Virus record (IMG/VR): IMGVR_UViG_3300025098_005131
Direction: 5' to 3' (one strand)
DNA: 64,000 nucleotides
From: a virus
Taxonomy: Duplodnaviria; Caudoviricetes
Shown: in pieces, positions 1 through 8,687 of the stretch
Layout of the letters: each line of letters starts with the position of its first letter
Position numbering within the stretch: position 1 is the first letter of the stretch
The notes under the pieces: model-generated
What the model saw: only the letters and a program-made list of their open reading frames with translations
Told to the model about the DNA's origin: nothing
Database searches by the model: none
Position numbers and translations under genes: made by a program

Positions 1-625
1 AATCTAACACTATTCTGTTTAATTCTTTTCTTTCATAATTTTTTTCTGGATCTACAAACAAACTGTCGTCTTGTACTTTGTTTGCTATTGAATACCCACT
101 ATCATTTATATTAGCATCAATCGAAGAAATATTTTTATTAGCGTTAATTGTATATTTAATTTTCTTAACGTTTTCACCTACTTCTTCTGAGAGTTCTTTG
201 AGTGTAGGTGACAAGCCTTTTTCTTTTGAAAGTTTTTCAGAGGCAGCTTTGATTTTTGCGTTAAGCAATCTTGAATGCGTAGGAACTTTAATGTTTGAAG
301 TATTTTCATTTATGTATTGTAAAGCTGCTTGTTTTATCCACCAACAAGCATAAGTGCTAAATTTATGACCTAATTCAGGGTCAAATTTATCTGCTGCCTT
401 AATTAATCCTACGCTGCTTTCTTGAACTAGATCTTCAAAGTCAATATAACTTCTGTGATACTTTTTAGCAATACTTAACACAAGTCTATAGTTTGATTCA
501 ATTAACTTTTTTCTTGCAAAAGAATCTCCTTTTTGCATTTTTCTTGCAAGCTCAATTTCTTGTTTTTTTGTAAGAAGTGGATTGTTTTTAATTGTATCTT
601 TAAAGTATTTATTATTTAGTTGCAT
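1..625 (-). CDS. RNA polymerase sigma70-family factor (3'-truncated by window edge)
   Basis: Not in ORF track (no stop in window). Manual translation from ATG at 625: MQLNNKYFKDTIKNNPLLTKKQEIELARKMQKGDSFARKKLIESNYRLVLSIAKKY...FEDLVQESSVGLIKAADKFDPELGHKFSTYACWWIKQA, i.e. sigma70 regions 1.2-2.4, then a region-3-like segment; SD AGAGGT upstream. Confidence 0.93.
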   Translation of the reverse strand, partial: MQLNNKYFKDTIKNNPLLTKKQEIELARKMQKGDSFARKKLIESNYRLVLSIAKKYHRSYIDFEDLVQESSVGLIKAADKFDPELGHKFSTYACWWIKQAALQYINENTSNIKVPTHSRLLNAKIKAASEKLSKEKGLSPTLKELSEEVGENVKKIKYTINANKNISSIDANINDSGYSIANKVQDDSLFVDPEKNYERKELNRIVLD

Positions 626-643
626 TTTACCTCTTTTTATAAG

Positions 644-673
644 ATTATATCTATAATTCAATAATTATTACAC
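644..673 (-). promoter_or_regulatory. Putative early/middle promoter GTGTAA-N18-TATAAT upstream of sigma gene
   Basis: Same motif pair recurs at seven other gene starts in the window. Confidence 0.65.
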
Positions 674-815
674 GCTTAGGTTCTTCTTTATAGTCTTCCT
701 TCTCTTTTTTATAGTATAAATCTTCTATAGGTAATTCTAACTGCAGTCTTCTGTTTTCTTCATTATTTCTAATTCTAGATATTTCATCTAAGATAACAAC
801 GTCAATATCTTCCAT
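651..815 (-). CDS. Small hypothetical protein (54 aa, MEDIDVVILDEISRIRNNEENRRLQLELPIEDLYYKKEKEDYKEEPKRVIIIEL)
   Basis: Below ORF-track cutoff; ATG 815, TAG 651-653, SD AAGGAG; fills the gap between groEL and sigma. Confidence 0.75.
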   Translation of the reverse strand: MEDIDVVILDEISRIRNNEENRRLQLELPIEDLYYKKEKEDYKEEPKRVIIIEL

Positions 816-836
816 TCTAGAACTCCTTGATGTATA

Positions 837-2468
837 TTAATACATATCATCAGAAAGCTGAACTAGTTGTATTCCTTGATCTTGCGCTGCATTTCCTAAC
901 ACAACACACCCAATTGAAATAAGTGAATTGCACACGCTCGTAGCATTTTTTAGTGCTGTTGCTGTTACCTTTTGAGGATCGATAATTCCTGCCTCTATCA
1001 TGTCACAATACTTTTCTTCTCTTACATTAAAGCCATAAGTAAAGTCACTGTTTTGCTTAAGATTTTCAACAATAAAATCAACTGAGAGATCTGCGTTTTT
1101 AAGAATCTGTCTTAAAGGTGATAAGCAGGCGTCAGAAACTATTTTAGCAACTGTACTCTCTAACAAAGATTCTGACGCCTTATACTTATTGTATAAATCG
1201 ATACTAACTTTTGCTAAAGCTATACCACCGCCTGGTAGAAAACCACTTTCTATTGCAGCTTTTGTTGCATGTAAAGCGTCATCAACTCTATCAACTAATT
1301 CTAAAAGTTCAGATTCAGTATATGCACCGATAGAAAGTACAGCGACAACGCCTTTATTGATAATGAGTCTTTGTCTATAAAAGGCTTCTTCTTCTTTGGT
1401 TAGGCTTTTGTCTTCTAGTTTAGATTCTATTTCTCTAGAAATATCTTTTGCATTTGTGCCTTCACATTCGACAAAAAGAGTTTCATCATGAATAGTCTCA
1501 GTCTTCTTACATGTGCCTAAGTCTGATAGTAAAATGCTGCTAATAGACTTTTCATCTAAGTCATAAAAGACTTTTGTACTTAATGCTTTAGCTAAGTCAT
1601 TTAAAATTGTATTTCTTTTTTCTCCGTAAAAAGGAGATCTGACAGCACAAACATTTAGTAAACCTTTCGAAACATTTGTGAGTAATGACTGGATTACTTC
1701 TTGATCATAGTCGTTTGCAATTAAAAACAAAGGCTTAGAGGTTTGATGAACTTTTTCTAAAACCGGAAGAATTTGTGACAAAGAATTTAACTTACAAGAA
1801 AGTATTAAAATAAGTGGGTCGTCTAAAATGCATTTAGACTTTTCAGTATCATTGATAAAATAAGGAGAAATATATCCTCTATCAATTTTTACGCCTCTTA
1901 CAAGACTCAAGTCTGTACTTGTTGTCTTTGACTTTTCTACTGTGACAAGTCCCGAGGTTCCAACTTCCAGCATCGCATTTGCGATTAAATCACCAATATA
2001 ACTGTCGCCATTAGCACTAATAGTTGCAACCTGATTGATTTCCTCATTGGAAGAAACTTTTCTAGCCTTTTCTGTAAGCATTTGTATTACTTCGTCAACC
2101 TTTTCGTTTAAGACAGAAGTAATTTCTGAAGGTGAACCTATCCCGGTTTGTAAAGCTTGTGATGCTCTAAAGTAGAGTTCTTTTGCTAAGACTGCAGACG
2201 TTGTGCTTCCGTCACCCGCCACAGTTGCAGTATTTTCGCTTGCTTGTTTTAATAGCTGCGCGCCTAAATCTTGCACTCTATTTTCTAGAAATATTGACTT
2301 TGCAACTGTAGCGCCATCTTTTGTAAGATGAGGAGGCTCGTTATTTTTTTCAATAAGCACTAACTTTCCTCGAGGTCCCATGGTAATGCTAACAGCATTT
2401 GATATTTTTTCGACTCCAGCTTTTAATAATCTTTGAGCTTCTGCATCAAAAACAATTGAATTTGTCAT
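837..2468 (-). CDS. groEL: Chaperonin GroEL (phage-encoded)
   Basis: GPRGKLV, TKDGATVAKSI, AGDGSTTS, DDALHATKAAIESGFLPGGG, GIIDP motifs; 543 aa; no C-terminal GGM tail. Confidence 0.97.
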   Translation of the reverse strand: MTNSIVFDAEAQRLLKAGVEKISNAVSITMGPRGKLVLIEKNNEPPHLTKDGATVAKSIFLENRVQDLGAQLLKQASENTATVAGDGSTTSAVLAKELYFRASQALQTGIGSPSEITSVLNEKVDEVIQMLTEKARKVSSNEEINQVATISANGDSYIGDLIANAMLEVGTSGLVTVEKSKTTSTDLSLVRGVKIDRGYISPYFINDTEKSKCILDDPLILILSCKLNSLSQILPVLEKVHQTSKPLFLIANDYDQEVIQSLLTNVSKGLLNVCAVRSPFYGEKRNTILNDLAKALSTKVFYDLDEKSISSILLSDLGTCKKTETIHDETLFVECEGTNAKDISREIESKLEDKSLTKEEEAFYRQRLIINKGVVAVLSIGAYTESELLELVDRVDDALHATKAAIESGFLPGGGIALAKVSIDLYNKYKASESLLESTVAKIVSDACLSPLRQILKNADLSVDFIVENLKQNSDFTYGFNVREEKYCDMIEAGIIDPQKVTATALKNATSVCNSLISIGCVVLGNAAQDQGIQLVQLSDDMY

Positions 2469-2473
2469 TAATT

Positions 2474-2686
2474 TTAACCCTTTAATAAAGTTTTTGTTGT
2501 GGTTTCTTGTAGGTTTTCGTTTCTACTTTGATTAATAATATTTGTTTTAATAATTCTTTTCTCGTTTGTTAACACATTTTTAGCATAAAAAAGATCACCA
2601 ACACTTATAGCAACCTCGTTCTCTGAGATTACATTTTGTGATCTTAAACTCTGTAACATTTCAGGCTGTAGCACTACCTCTGACAT
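2474..2686 (-). CDS. Hypothetical protein (70 aa)
   Basis: ORF packed between exonuclease and groEL. Confidence 0.7.
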   Translation of the reverse strand: MSEVVLQPEMLQSLRSQNVISENEVAISVGDLFYAKNVLTNEKRIIKTNIINQSRNENLQETTTKTLLKG

Positions 2687-3536
2687 ATCTTTCTCCTTTT
2701 AATAATTTTTCAAACGTCTCTTTAAATTTATTCCATGACTTTTCTTTTTCAACTATAGACTTAAATCCCATAAAAGAAAATTCAGACTTAATTTGTTCCC
2801 AGTTAATTTGACCTTCACTGAGTATTTTATTATAATATTTTATTTCGTTAATATCGTCATTAAGATCATGAAACTTTATCATTGTATTGTTTCTTAAAAA
2901 CTTTTGATTGTTTTCTTCAATCGACAAAAAGTCTTCTAACTTTTCTTTATTCTCTAGCAGCTTAATTGCTTTCTTATTACCAATCCCAGAAAAGCCAATT
3001 ATATTGTCTGACTTATCACCAACTAAAGACTTCCACATTATATAGTTATAATTTGGACTTTGGAAATAATCTTTCTTTACAGGATTAAAGACTCTTGTCT
3101 TTTCGTTTATACTTTGAATAAAATCAGTGTCTGTAGATATTATTATTGCATTGTCGTCTGCATGTTTTTCGTTGGCAAGGAAATTTGCAATATCATCACA
3201 TTCATAGTCATCATGCTTAACAACAACAATAGGTAAAAGATTCTTAGTTATCTCAATAATCTTTCTTCTTTGCTCTTGAAAGTTGTCCTTGTTGTGATAA
3301 GTTCTTTGGCCTTTATAGTTTGAATCAATAGCTAATCGCTTTACAGGTCGACCTTCTAAAACAAAATAGCATAAGTCTGGATTAAACTTTTCTATAATAG
3401 ATCTAAGACTTCTAAAAAAATTAAATACAGTAGTAAACTCTCCTGTGTTTCTTCCACTATACCTTGCTCTATAAATTAAATTATATCCATCTAAAACAAG
3501 AATATTATTATTGCTTTTCTGATTCATTGTTGTCAT
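2661..3536 (-). CDS. 5'-3' exonuclease / flap endonuclease (PolA N-terminal / T4 RNase H family), copy 1
   Basis: LVLDGYNLIYRA, YKGQR, YECDDIA, ISTDTDFIQ, LVGDKSDNIIGFSGIGNKKA (H3TH); true start may be ATG 3527. Confidence 0.93.
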   Translation of the reverse strand: MTTMNQKSNNNILVLDGYNLIYRARYSGRNTGEFTTVFNFFRSLRSIIEKFNPDLCYFVLEGRPVKRLAIDSNYKGQRTYHNKDNFQEQRRKIIEITKNLLPIVVVKHDDYECDDIANFLANEKHADDNAIIISTDTDFIQSINEKTRVFNPVKKDYFQSPNYNYIMWKSLVGDKSDNIIGFSGIGNKKAIKLLENKEKLEDFLSIEENNQKFLRNNTMIKFHDLNDDINEIKYYNKILSEGQINWEQIKSEFSFMGFKSIVEKEKSWNKFKETFEKLLKGERYVRGSATA

Positions 3537-3969
3537 TACTTTTAATTTCTTCCATTGAGTCTATATTAAAACTAGCAACTTTACCATCGCCTAAATCAAT
3601 TTTAACATTATTATTTTCATTATTACACGCACTATTATCTTCAATGGCTTCTTTTTCAATAACTACATCTTTGCTTTTATTTTCCTTAAAGTAGTCTTCT
3701 TCTAAATAAATTGCGTCCTCAACCATTTTATCAATTGCTTTTTTTGCATTTTCAATCATATAGTTTGAGACTTCATCTAAGTCTACAAAAAGCTCTTTAA
3801 ACATACTCGTCTTTACTTTTTGCTTTTTGGTATTTGGCAACATAACTTTATAATTTGTCTGCTCGCCCTGTTCATTTTTAATTGTTATTTCTTCAACTAC
3901 TTTAAGAGGAATAATAATTTGTTTTTCTTGCAGAATTGAATATATAACCTGTCCAACAGAATATTTCAT
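3508..3969 (-). CDS. Hypothetical protein with N-terminal SH3/KOW-like segment
   Basis: MKYSVGQVIY start; SD AAGGAG; own promoter motif. Confidence 0.75.
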   Translation of the reverse strand: MKYSVGQVIYSILQEKQIIIPLKVVEEITIKNEQGEQTNYKVMLPNTKKQKVKTSMFKELFVDLDEVSNYMIENAKKAIDKMVEDAIYLEEDYFKENKSKDVVIEKEAIEDNSACNNENNNVKIDLGDGKVASFNIDSMEEIKSNDNNESEKQ

Positions 3970-3990
3970 TACATTTCTCCTTTAAGAGAC

Positions 3991-4019
3991 ATTATAATAA
4001 AATAAAAACTATTTTACAT
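3991..4019 (-). promoter_or_regulatory. Putative promoter ATGTAA-N17-TATAAT
   Basis: Variant of recurring GTGTAA/TATAAT pair directly upstream of ORF 3969. Confidence 0.55.
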
Positions 4020-4332
4020 CAATATTTTTATTTATTTCACCATTTATTTCTTGACCTTTCTTGGCAGCTTCCTTAAGCGGCAAAAGACCTAATGCTTGTC
4101 TTACAACATCATAATGACTTTCTGATAGCTTTTCTTTTAAAAGTGTCATATTGGCATAAGAGTGAACAGCTATTTCTTTCTCGACTTCATCATTACTAAC
4201 ATCTCTTACTTCACACATAAATAAACACCCGGGCATCGAATAATCTTCGGGCACTTTTATAAAAGGCAGACCTGACGTTGGTCCTTCATGTGTTTCTTCG
4301 TAGTAAATTTCTGGCATCCATTTGTTATTCAT
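4009..4332 (-). CDS. Hypothetical protein (107 aa)
   Basis: ORF with SD AAGGA, collinear with neighbours. Confidence 0.75.
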   Translation of the reverse strand: MNNKWMPEIYYEETHEGPTSGLPFIKVPEDYSMPGCLFMCEVRDVSNDEVEKEIAVHSYANMTLLKEKLSESHYDVVRQALGLLPLKEAAKKGQEINGEINKNIDVK

Positions 4333-4358
4333 TTTTTTCCTTTTTATGGTTTAAATTG

Positions 4359-5927
4359 TTATGATTTACTTTCATCATCTTTAGAATCACTATCAGCTTC
4401 TTCTCCAGATTTTTCTTCAGCTTCTTCTCCAGATTTTTCTTCAGCTTCTTCTCCAGGTTTTTCTTCTGCTTCTGCTTCTGTTTCAAGTTCTTTTATCAAA
4501 GCTTGTATTGCATTTATATTATCATCGATTTTAACGTTTTTGACTTCTTTTTTTAAAAAACTAAACAAATAAACAAGATCACTTTTTGATTTATTTACTT
4601 GTGTGCTTTTATCCTCACCCATAGACATGGCATCTTCAACAACAAACTTTTGTATTTTTTCATAATAATTGTTTAATAGCGATGGATAAACTTTAAAATC
4701 TTCTTCCAGAAGCTTTATTATAGATTTGCAAGTTCCAATAAACAAAGCTTTATTACTATTGCCGTCTTCACTTTTAACAGGCTCTATTTTCAAGCCTTTT
4801 AATCTTTCCAAAGCAGACTTATCAGCGTGATTTTCAAAGCCAGAAGGAATCGATTTTTTCAAGCTATTAGCGTAAGATTCAATGCTAAAATTATCTGGAT
4901 TAGGTTTATTTACTTCAATTAAATTTAAATACGACTTGTAAGCAATAATTAATAGACAAATAGTCGAAAAATCTTTTTTAATTTTATCATTTCCTTTTGC
5001 AGCAATAGTGTTTAAGTTTGAAAAGAAAACTTCTATAATTTCTTTTTCAAACATAATACAAGCAGCTATAGCATCTAAAACTTCACCTACGTCTCTAGCG
5101 ATTGTAGAAAGTTCCTGATCAGAAAATTCTCTTAATAAACCTAAGTTTGTATTATTTTTAGTTATTCTTAATATATAAAAACTTTCAACAAGACTGTCTA
5201 TAATACTTCTTATGTCTGCTCTAAGCCTTTCTGATAAAGGTTTTTTTATATCTTTAGCATCACTTTTTAAAAAGCTTAATTTTTTAATTCTAGCAACTAT
5301 CTTTTTATCTTTTTCACTAAAGTCTGTTAAGCCGTTAATCCATTCAACAACTTGTGGTGACATTTTTTGTGTAATTACATTTTTTATAGTATTTGTAACG
5401 TCTGATGAATAAGAAATCTCGCTTGTTTCAGCGCCGGCTAAATAATAATTATACAAGCTTTCTGTAATTGTTACATAAGGATCTGATCCTGCCTTATAAT
5501 CTTTTGGTTTATCTTTAGGTGGGCTATAAGCTTTGTTTTGCAATCTTTCAGCAATTGCACCTGCAGGTATTCCTGCAGCAAAAATCATATCTATTTCTGA
5601 TTCTTTTAAGCCAGCAGATAAAATCATGTTTCTTGTTGTGTTATCTAGACTTTGAATTGCTGCATTTGTATCTGTAATGTATTCTTTGTCTAGATTTTGC
5701 ATTCTTTTTGCAAATTTAGTCATATCTCCATCTTCGTGTAAGATATTATAAAGAAAAGAACCGAAAGACTTATAAATAAGAGTTACACTGGCTTTTACAA
5801 AAGAAGCTATATCTTTACCTGCTTTAAAAGTTGATTCTAGTCCAGACATTTTAAAAAGATTACTCATGTCTTCGTCATCACTATACTCTTTGAGAACAAC
5901 CTTGTCCTTAGTTATTTTTAGTTTCAT
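4359..5927 (-). CDS. Hypothetical protein, probable internal virion protein (leader ending VVLKE; acidic repeat tail)
   Basis: 522-aa ORF; N-terminal MKLKITKDKVVLKE; C-terminal EEK(P/S)GEEA repeats. Confidence 0.7.
   Translation of the reverse strand: MKLKITKDKVVLKEYSDDEDMSNLFKMSGLESTFKAGKDIASFVKASVTLIYKSFGSFLYNILHEDGDMTKFAKRMQNLDKEYITDTNAAIQSLDNTTRNMILSAGLKESEIDMIFAAGIPAGAIAERLQNKAYSPPKDKPKDYKAGSDPYVTITESLYNYYLAGAETSEISYSSDVTNTIKNVITQKMSPQVVEWINGLTDFSEKDKKIVARIKKLSFLKSDAKDIKKPLSERLRADIRSIIDSLVESFYILRITKNNTNLGLLREFSDQELSTIARDVGEVLDAIAACIMFEKEIIEVFFSNLNTIAAKGNDKIKKDFSTICLLIIAYKSYLNLIEVNKPNPDNFSIESYANSLKKSIPSGFENHADKSALERLKGLKIEPVKSEDGNSNKALFIGTCKSIIKLLEEDFKVYPSLLNNYYEKIQKFVVEDAMSMGEDKSTQVNKSKSDLVYLFSFLKKEVKNVKIDDNINAIQALIKELETEAEAEEKPGEEAEEKSGEEAEEKSGEEADSDSKDDESKS
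4394..4465. repeat. 3 x 24-bp in-frame tandem repeat (cagcttcttctccagatttttctt)
   Basis: Units at 4394-4417, 4418-4441, 4442-4465 (one substitution); encodes EEKSGEEA. Confidence 0.95.
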
Positions 5928-5933
5928 AAAATA

Positions 5934-6203
5934 TTACTCACAATCGTGTTTATCTTTTTTGTAAAGGATTAACTTTTTTTTATAAATATCTTCGATTGTT
6001 AACAACAAAGACTTTTCAAAATTATTTAAAGTATGCTTTTTTGTTTTTGCATGTCTTGTCGAAAACAATTTTCTCGTATTAGACTTTGAGTATCTAACAA
6101 CGTACTTTTTAACTTTAATCCAATCGTCTCCGTCATAAAGCGGCAAAATTTCACTTAGCAACTCTAGTATTTCTGACTTTTGTTCTTTTGTGCATTCATT
6201 CAT
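5934..6203 (-). CDS. Hypothetical protein (89 aa)
   Basis: Tightly packed ORF. Confidence 0.75.
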   Translation of the reverse strand: MNECTKEQKSEILELLSEILPLYDGDDWIKVKKYVVRYSKSNTRKLFSTRHAKTKKHTLNNFEKSLLLTIEDIYKKKLILYKKDKHDCE

Positions 6204-6205
6204 TA

Positions 6206-7171
6206 CTAAAATATTTTAGGTAAAAGACTGTCAAAATAAACCATATTTTCTTCTTTTTTTTCTAAATTATCTTGTAATTCTTGACTACTCTCTTCTAAAA
6301 GATTAAAAATAAAATTATCTAAAGAAACATAAGACATTAATGATTTGTCATAAAACATTATATTTTTATGATCAATGCTTTGCAAAAATAAAGTTAGACA
6401 TGTCTGCAAAGCAAAGATAAATTGGTTTTTTTCTTCTATTGTTATTTTAACACTATCGTCCAGAATATTTAATTTTTTTTTGTAAATATTGTATTTTTTG
6501 TTTAATCTATCTCTGTCAAACATACCATTATCTTCTAACAATAATTTAACACCAATTTCAGTTTGAAGTTTATTGTTAAAAACAGAAGTATTATTTAAAT
6601 AATCTAAAAAATTTTTAAACATATTTTTAGAATCTTTAATTTTTACAAAGTTTTGAGAAGTAAATATTTTTAAGTTATTTTCAATTTCTGACAAAAATTC
6701 TATATCTTTTGTAATAACTTTACACTTACAGTCGCAATATGCACCTTCTCTGTATTTGTTTTGACAAAACTGGTATAGACCTCTTATAAAAAAACTTTCT
6801 TCTGTAACGTAGATTAAAAGAAATTTGGTGTGGTTTTTGCAAAGATTGTATTTTTTTAAAAAAGTTCTTGATGATTCTTTATTTAGATATGTAATGATTT
6901 TTAAATAGTTACTGTAAGTTTCACAGCCTTTTTCATAGTATAAACTTAAGTTTTTCTTATTGATTCCAGATATGTCCCTGTTTTTGTTTGTTCCGTTATC
7001 CAATACAAAACTATTTGTTAGTTTACAAAACCTTACTGCAGTGTAATATCCTTTTTCTATTTTATAGTATCCTTCTTTCTGGAGAATGCGGAATACGTTT
7101 TTTGTAAAAACTAAGAAGTCACTAGGTTTTTTAATAGCACTTATCTGGTAGGGTTTGACTACCTTAATCAT
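6206..7171 (-). CDS. Hypothetical protein (321 aa)
   Basis: Long ORF overlapping upstream gene end; no confident catalytic motif. Confidence 0.7.
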   Translation of the reverse strand: MIKVVKPYQISAIKKPSDFLVFTKNVFRILQKEGYYKIEKGYYTAVRFCKLTNSFVLDNGTNKNRDISGINKKNLSLYYEKGCETYSNYLKIITYLNKESSRTFLKKYNLCKNHTKFLLIYVTEESFFIRGLYQFCQNKYREGAYCDCKCKVITKDIEFLSEIENNLKIFTSQNFVKIKDSKNMFKNFLDYLNNTSVFNNKLQTEIGVKLLLEDNGMFDRDRLNKKYNIYKKKLNILDDSVKITIEEKNQFIFALQTCLTLFLQSIDHKNIMFYDKSLMSYVSLDNFIFNLLEESSQELQDNLEKKEENMVYFDSLLPKIF

Positions 7172-7811
7172 TATTTTCTAATATGATTCTTTTTTCTCTA
7201 GACTTATCTTGTTTAGACTCACCTATTTTAATTGGTGACATGCTATCTTCTTTAGCTTGTTCTTTTGATTTTTGTTTTCTTTCGATAGACTTTTTCTTTT
7301 CGCTAGTTGCAGAGCCTTTTTTGAATGTATAATAAAACATAGAAGGTATATATGCTGCGCTGCCATCAACATCAAGTCCTGGCGAAGTTACTTGTATAAG
7401 CCCCTTAACAAAGATATGCAAAACTCTTTTTTCTTCTATTGTTAGACGATTAAAGTATTTTTCTACTTCAACGTATACATCTTTATCTTTAAGCGAACTT
7501 GAAGCTCTAACTTGATTAACCAATCTAATAAACTTGTTTAAATCATCAGCATCAGAAAGATTTATTGCTGTAGGTGATTCATCTTCGCTTTTTACTTTTT
7601 TGTCAAAGTAAGTTAGATCATCATCGTCTTGAGTTTCTTCTTCATCTTCTTCGTCAAACTCAACTTCTTCTTCTTTTTCTGATATTTCATCTTTATTATC
7701 TTCGCTGTGATTTCCTTCTCTACGCATTTCTGCTACAAACTCATCAGCTCTTTCCTGATAATCAGACTCGTTTAAGATTTGATATAAACTCAGTAAAACA
7801 TCGTGATTCAT
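7164..7811 (-). CDS. Hypothetical acidic protein, probable internal virion protein
   Basis: Leader ending YQILNE; acidic tract EEEEVEFDEEDEEE. Confidence 0.7.
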   Translation of the reverse strand: MNHDVLLSLYQILNESDYQERADEFVAEMRREGNHSEDNKDEISEKEEEVEFDEEDEEETQDDDDLTYFDKKVKSEDESPTAINLSDADDLNKFIRLVNQVRASSSLKDKDVYVEVEKYFNRLTIEEKRVLHIFVKGLIQVTSPGLDVDGSAAYIPSMFYYTFKKGSATSEKKKSIERKQKSKEQAKEDSMSPIKIGESKQDKSREKRIILENND

Positions 7812-7982
7812 TTAACTATCTCTCCACACAATTCTATTTTGCCATCTCTCATGATATTGTTCAGCACGAAGTCTTCTTAACCTATCTTGCTCGACAACGT
7901 GGTTTTCTTCTCGCTTTTTTTCAACGATCTTTTCTTTTCTAGATTCAATGTCATCTATAAATTTGCTAAAATCAAACTCCAT
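7812..7982 (-). CDS. Small hypothetical protein (56 aa, MEFDFSKFIDDIESRKEKIVEKKREENHVVEQDRLRRLRAEQYHERWQNRIVWRDS)
   Basis: Not in ORF track; fills gap exactly, its TAA abuts the next ATG. Confidence 0.75.
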   Translation of the reverse strand: MEFDFSKFIDDIESRKEKIVEKKREENHVVEQDRLRRLRAEQYHERWQNRIVWRDS

Positions 7983-8346
7983 TTTCTTTGCCTCTTATCT
8001 TTATCTTAATATTATAACTATCTAATTTTTTCTTAAAACTATAACAATAGTTGTCTTCCAAAGAGTATTCCTTGTTTAAAACTTTAATTTTAACTACTTC
8101 TTTATTTATAAAGTCTTCTACTAAGCTTACATCGCAAGATATTCTAATTGTTATTTCGTTTACACTGTTTTTAAGTTTTGTGACCTCTGCATTTTTAACC
8201 ATAGAATTTGTTACAACATTTGCTGTAATTAGTCTAGAGGTTCTATAACCACTATTAATATCAATTACGTCTTCTAGGTCTTTGCTTATATAAACACTTT
8301 CTTTATTAGACTGACTCTGCAAGTATAAATCATTTTTAGTCTGCAT
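7972..8346 (-). CDS. Hypothetical protein (124 aa)
   Basis: Tightly packed ORF. Confidence 0.7.
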   Translation of the reverse strand: MQTKNDLYLQSQSNKESVYISKDLEDVIDINSGYRTSRLITANVVTNSMVKNAEVTKLKNSVNEITIRISCDVSLVEDFINKEVVKIKVLNKEYSLEDNYCYSFKKKLDSYNIKIKIRGKENGV

Positions 8347-8680
8347 AGTAATACATTACATCTTTTTTGATTTTATCTATATCTTTAGACGCTTCTAGCT
8401 CAATTTCAGAAATATTATAGGAAGTTGAATGTATAAGAACAGCCACAGTATTTTTCTTAAATCTTGTTTCAATTAAAGCGCTAGATTCTCTATTATACTT
8501 AATGATTTCTACGACAAATTGTTCTAGAAACTTTGTTTTTTCAAAACTAAATTTTTTTACAAGCCTTTTTTCTCTTGCTTCCCATGTACTTTTCTTTACT
8601 TCTAAAGGTCTAAAACTATTTTCAACTTCAAACCTCTTGTCTTCATAAAGATAATTTGTCATAATACTTTGTAAATTCAT
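8336..8680 (-). CDS. Pterin-4a-carbinolamine dehydratase-fold protein, degenerate
   Basis: W..RLVKKFSF...FVVEI...V.V.IH....ISEIELEASKDID pattern fits PCD fold, but the HHP catalytic motif is absent; leader ends YLYED. Confidence 0.5.
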   Translation of the reverse strand: MNLQSIMTNYLYEDKRFEVENSFRPLEVKKSTWEAREKRLVKKFSFEKTKFLEQFVVEIIKYNRESSALIETRFKKNTVAVLIHSTSYNISEIELEASKDIDKIKKDVMYYYAD

Positions 8681-8687
8681 TTTTTAC

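Noticed and set aside
4394-4465. 24-bp repeat as CRISPR array or origin iterons
   Set aside because: No spacers; it is in frame within a CDS and encodes an acidic linker
6206-7171. Possible second ligase-like protein (YKIEKG resembling KxDG)
   Set aside because: Only a vague single-motif resemblance; needs a profile search
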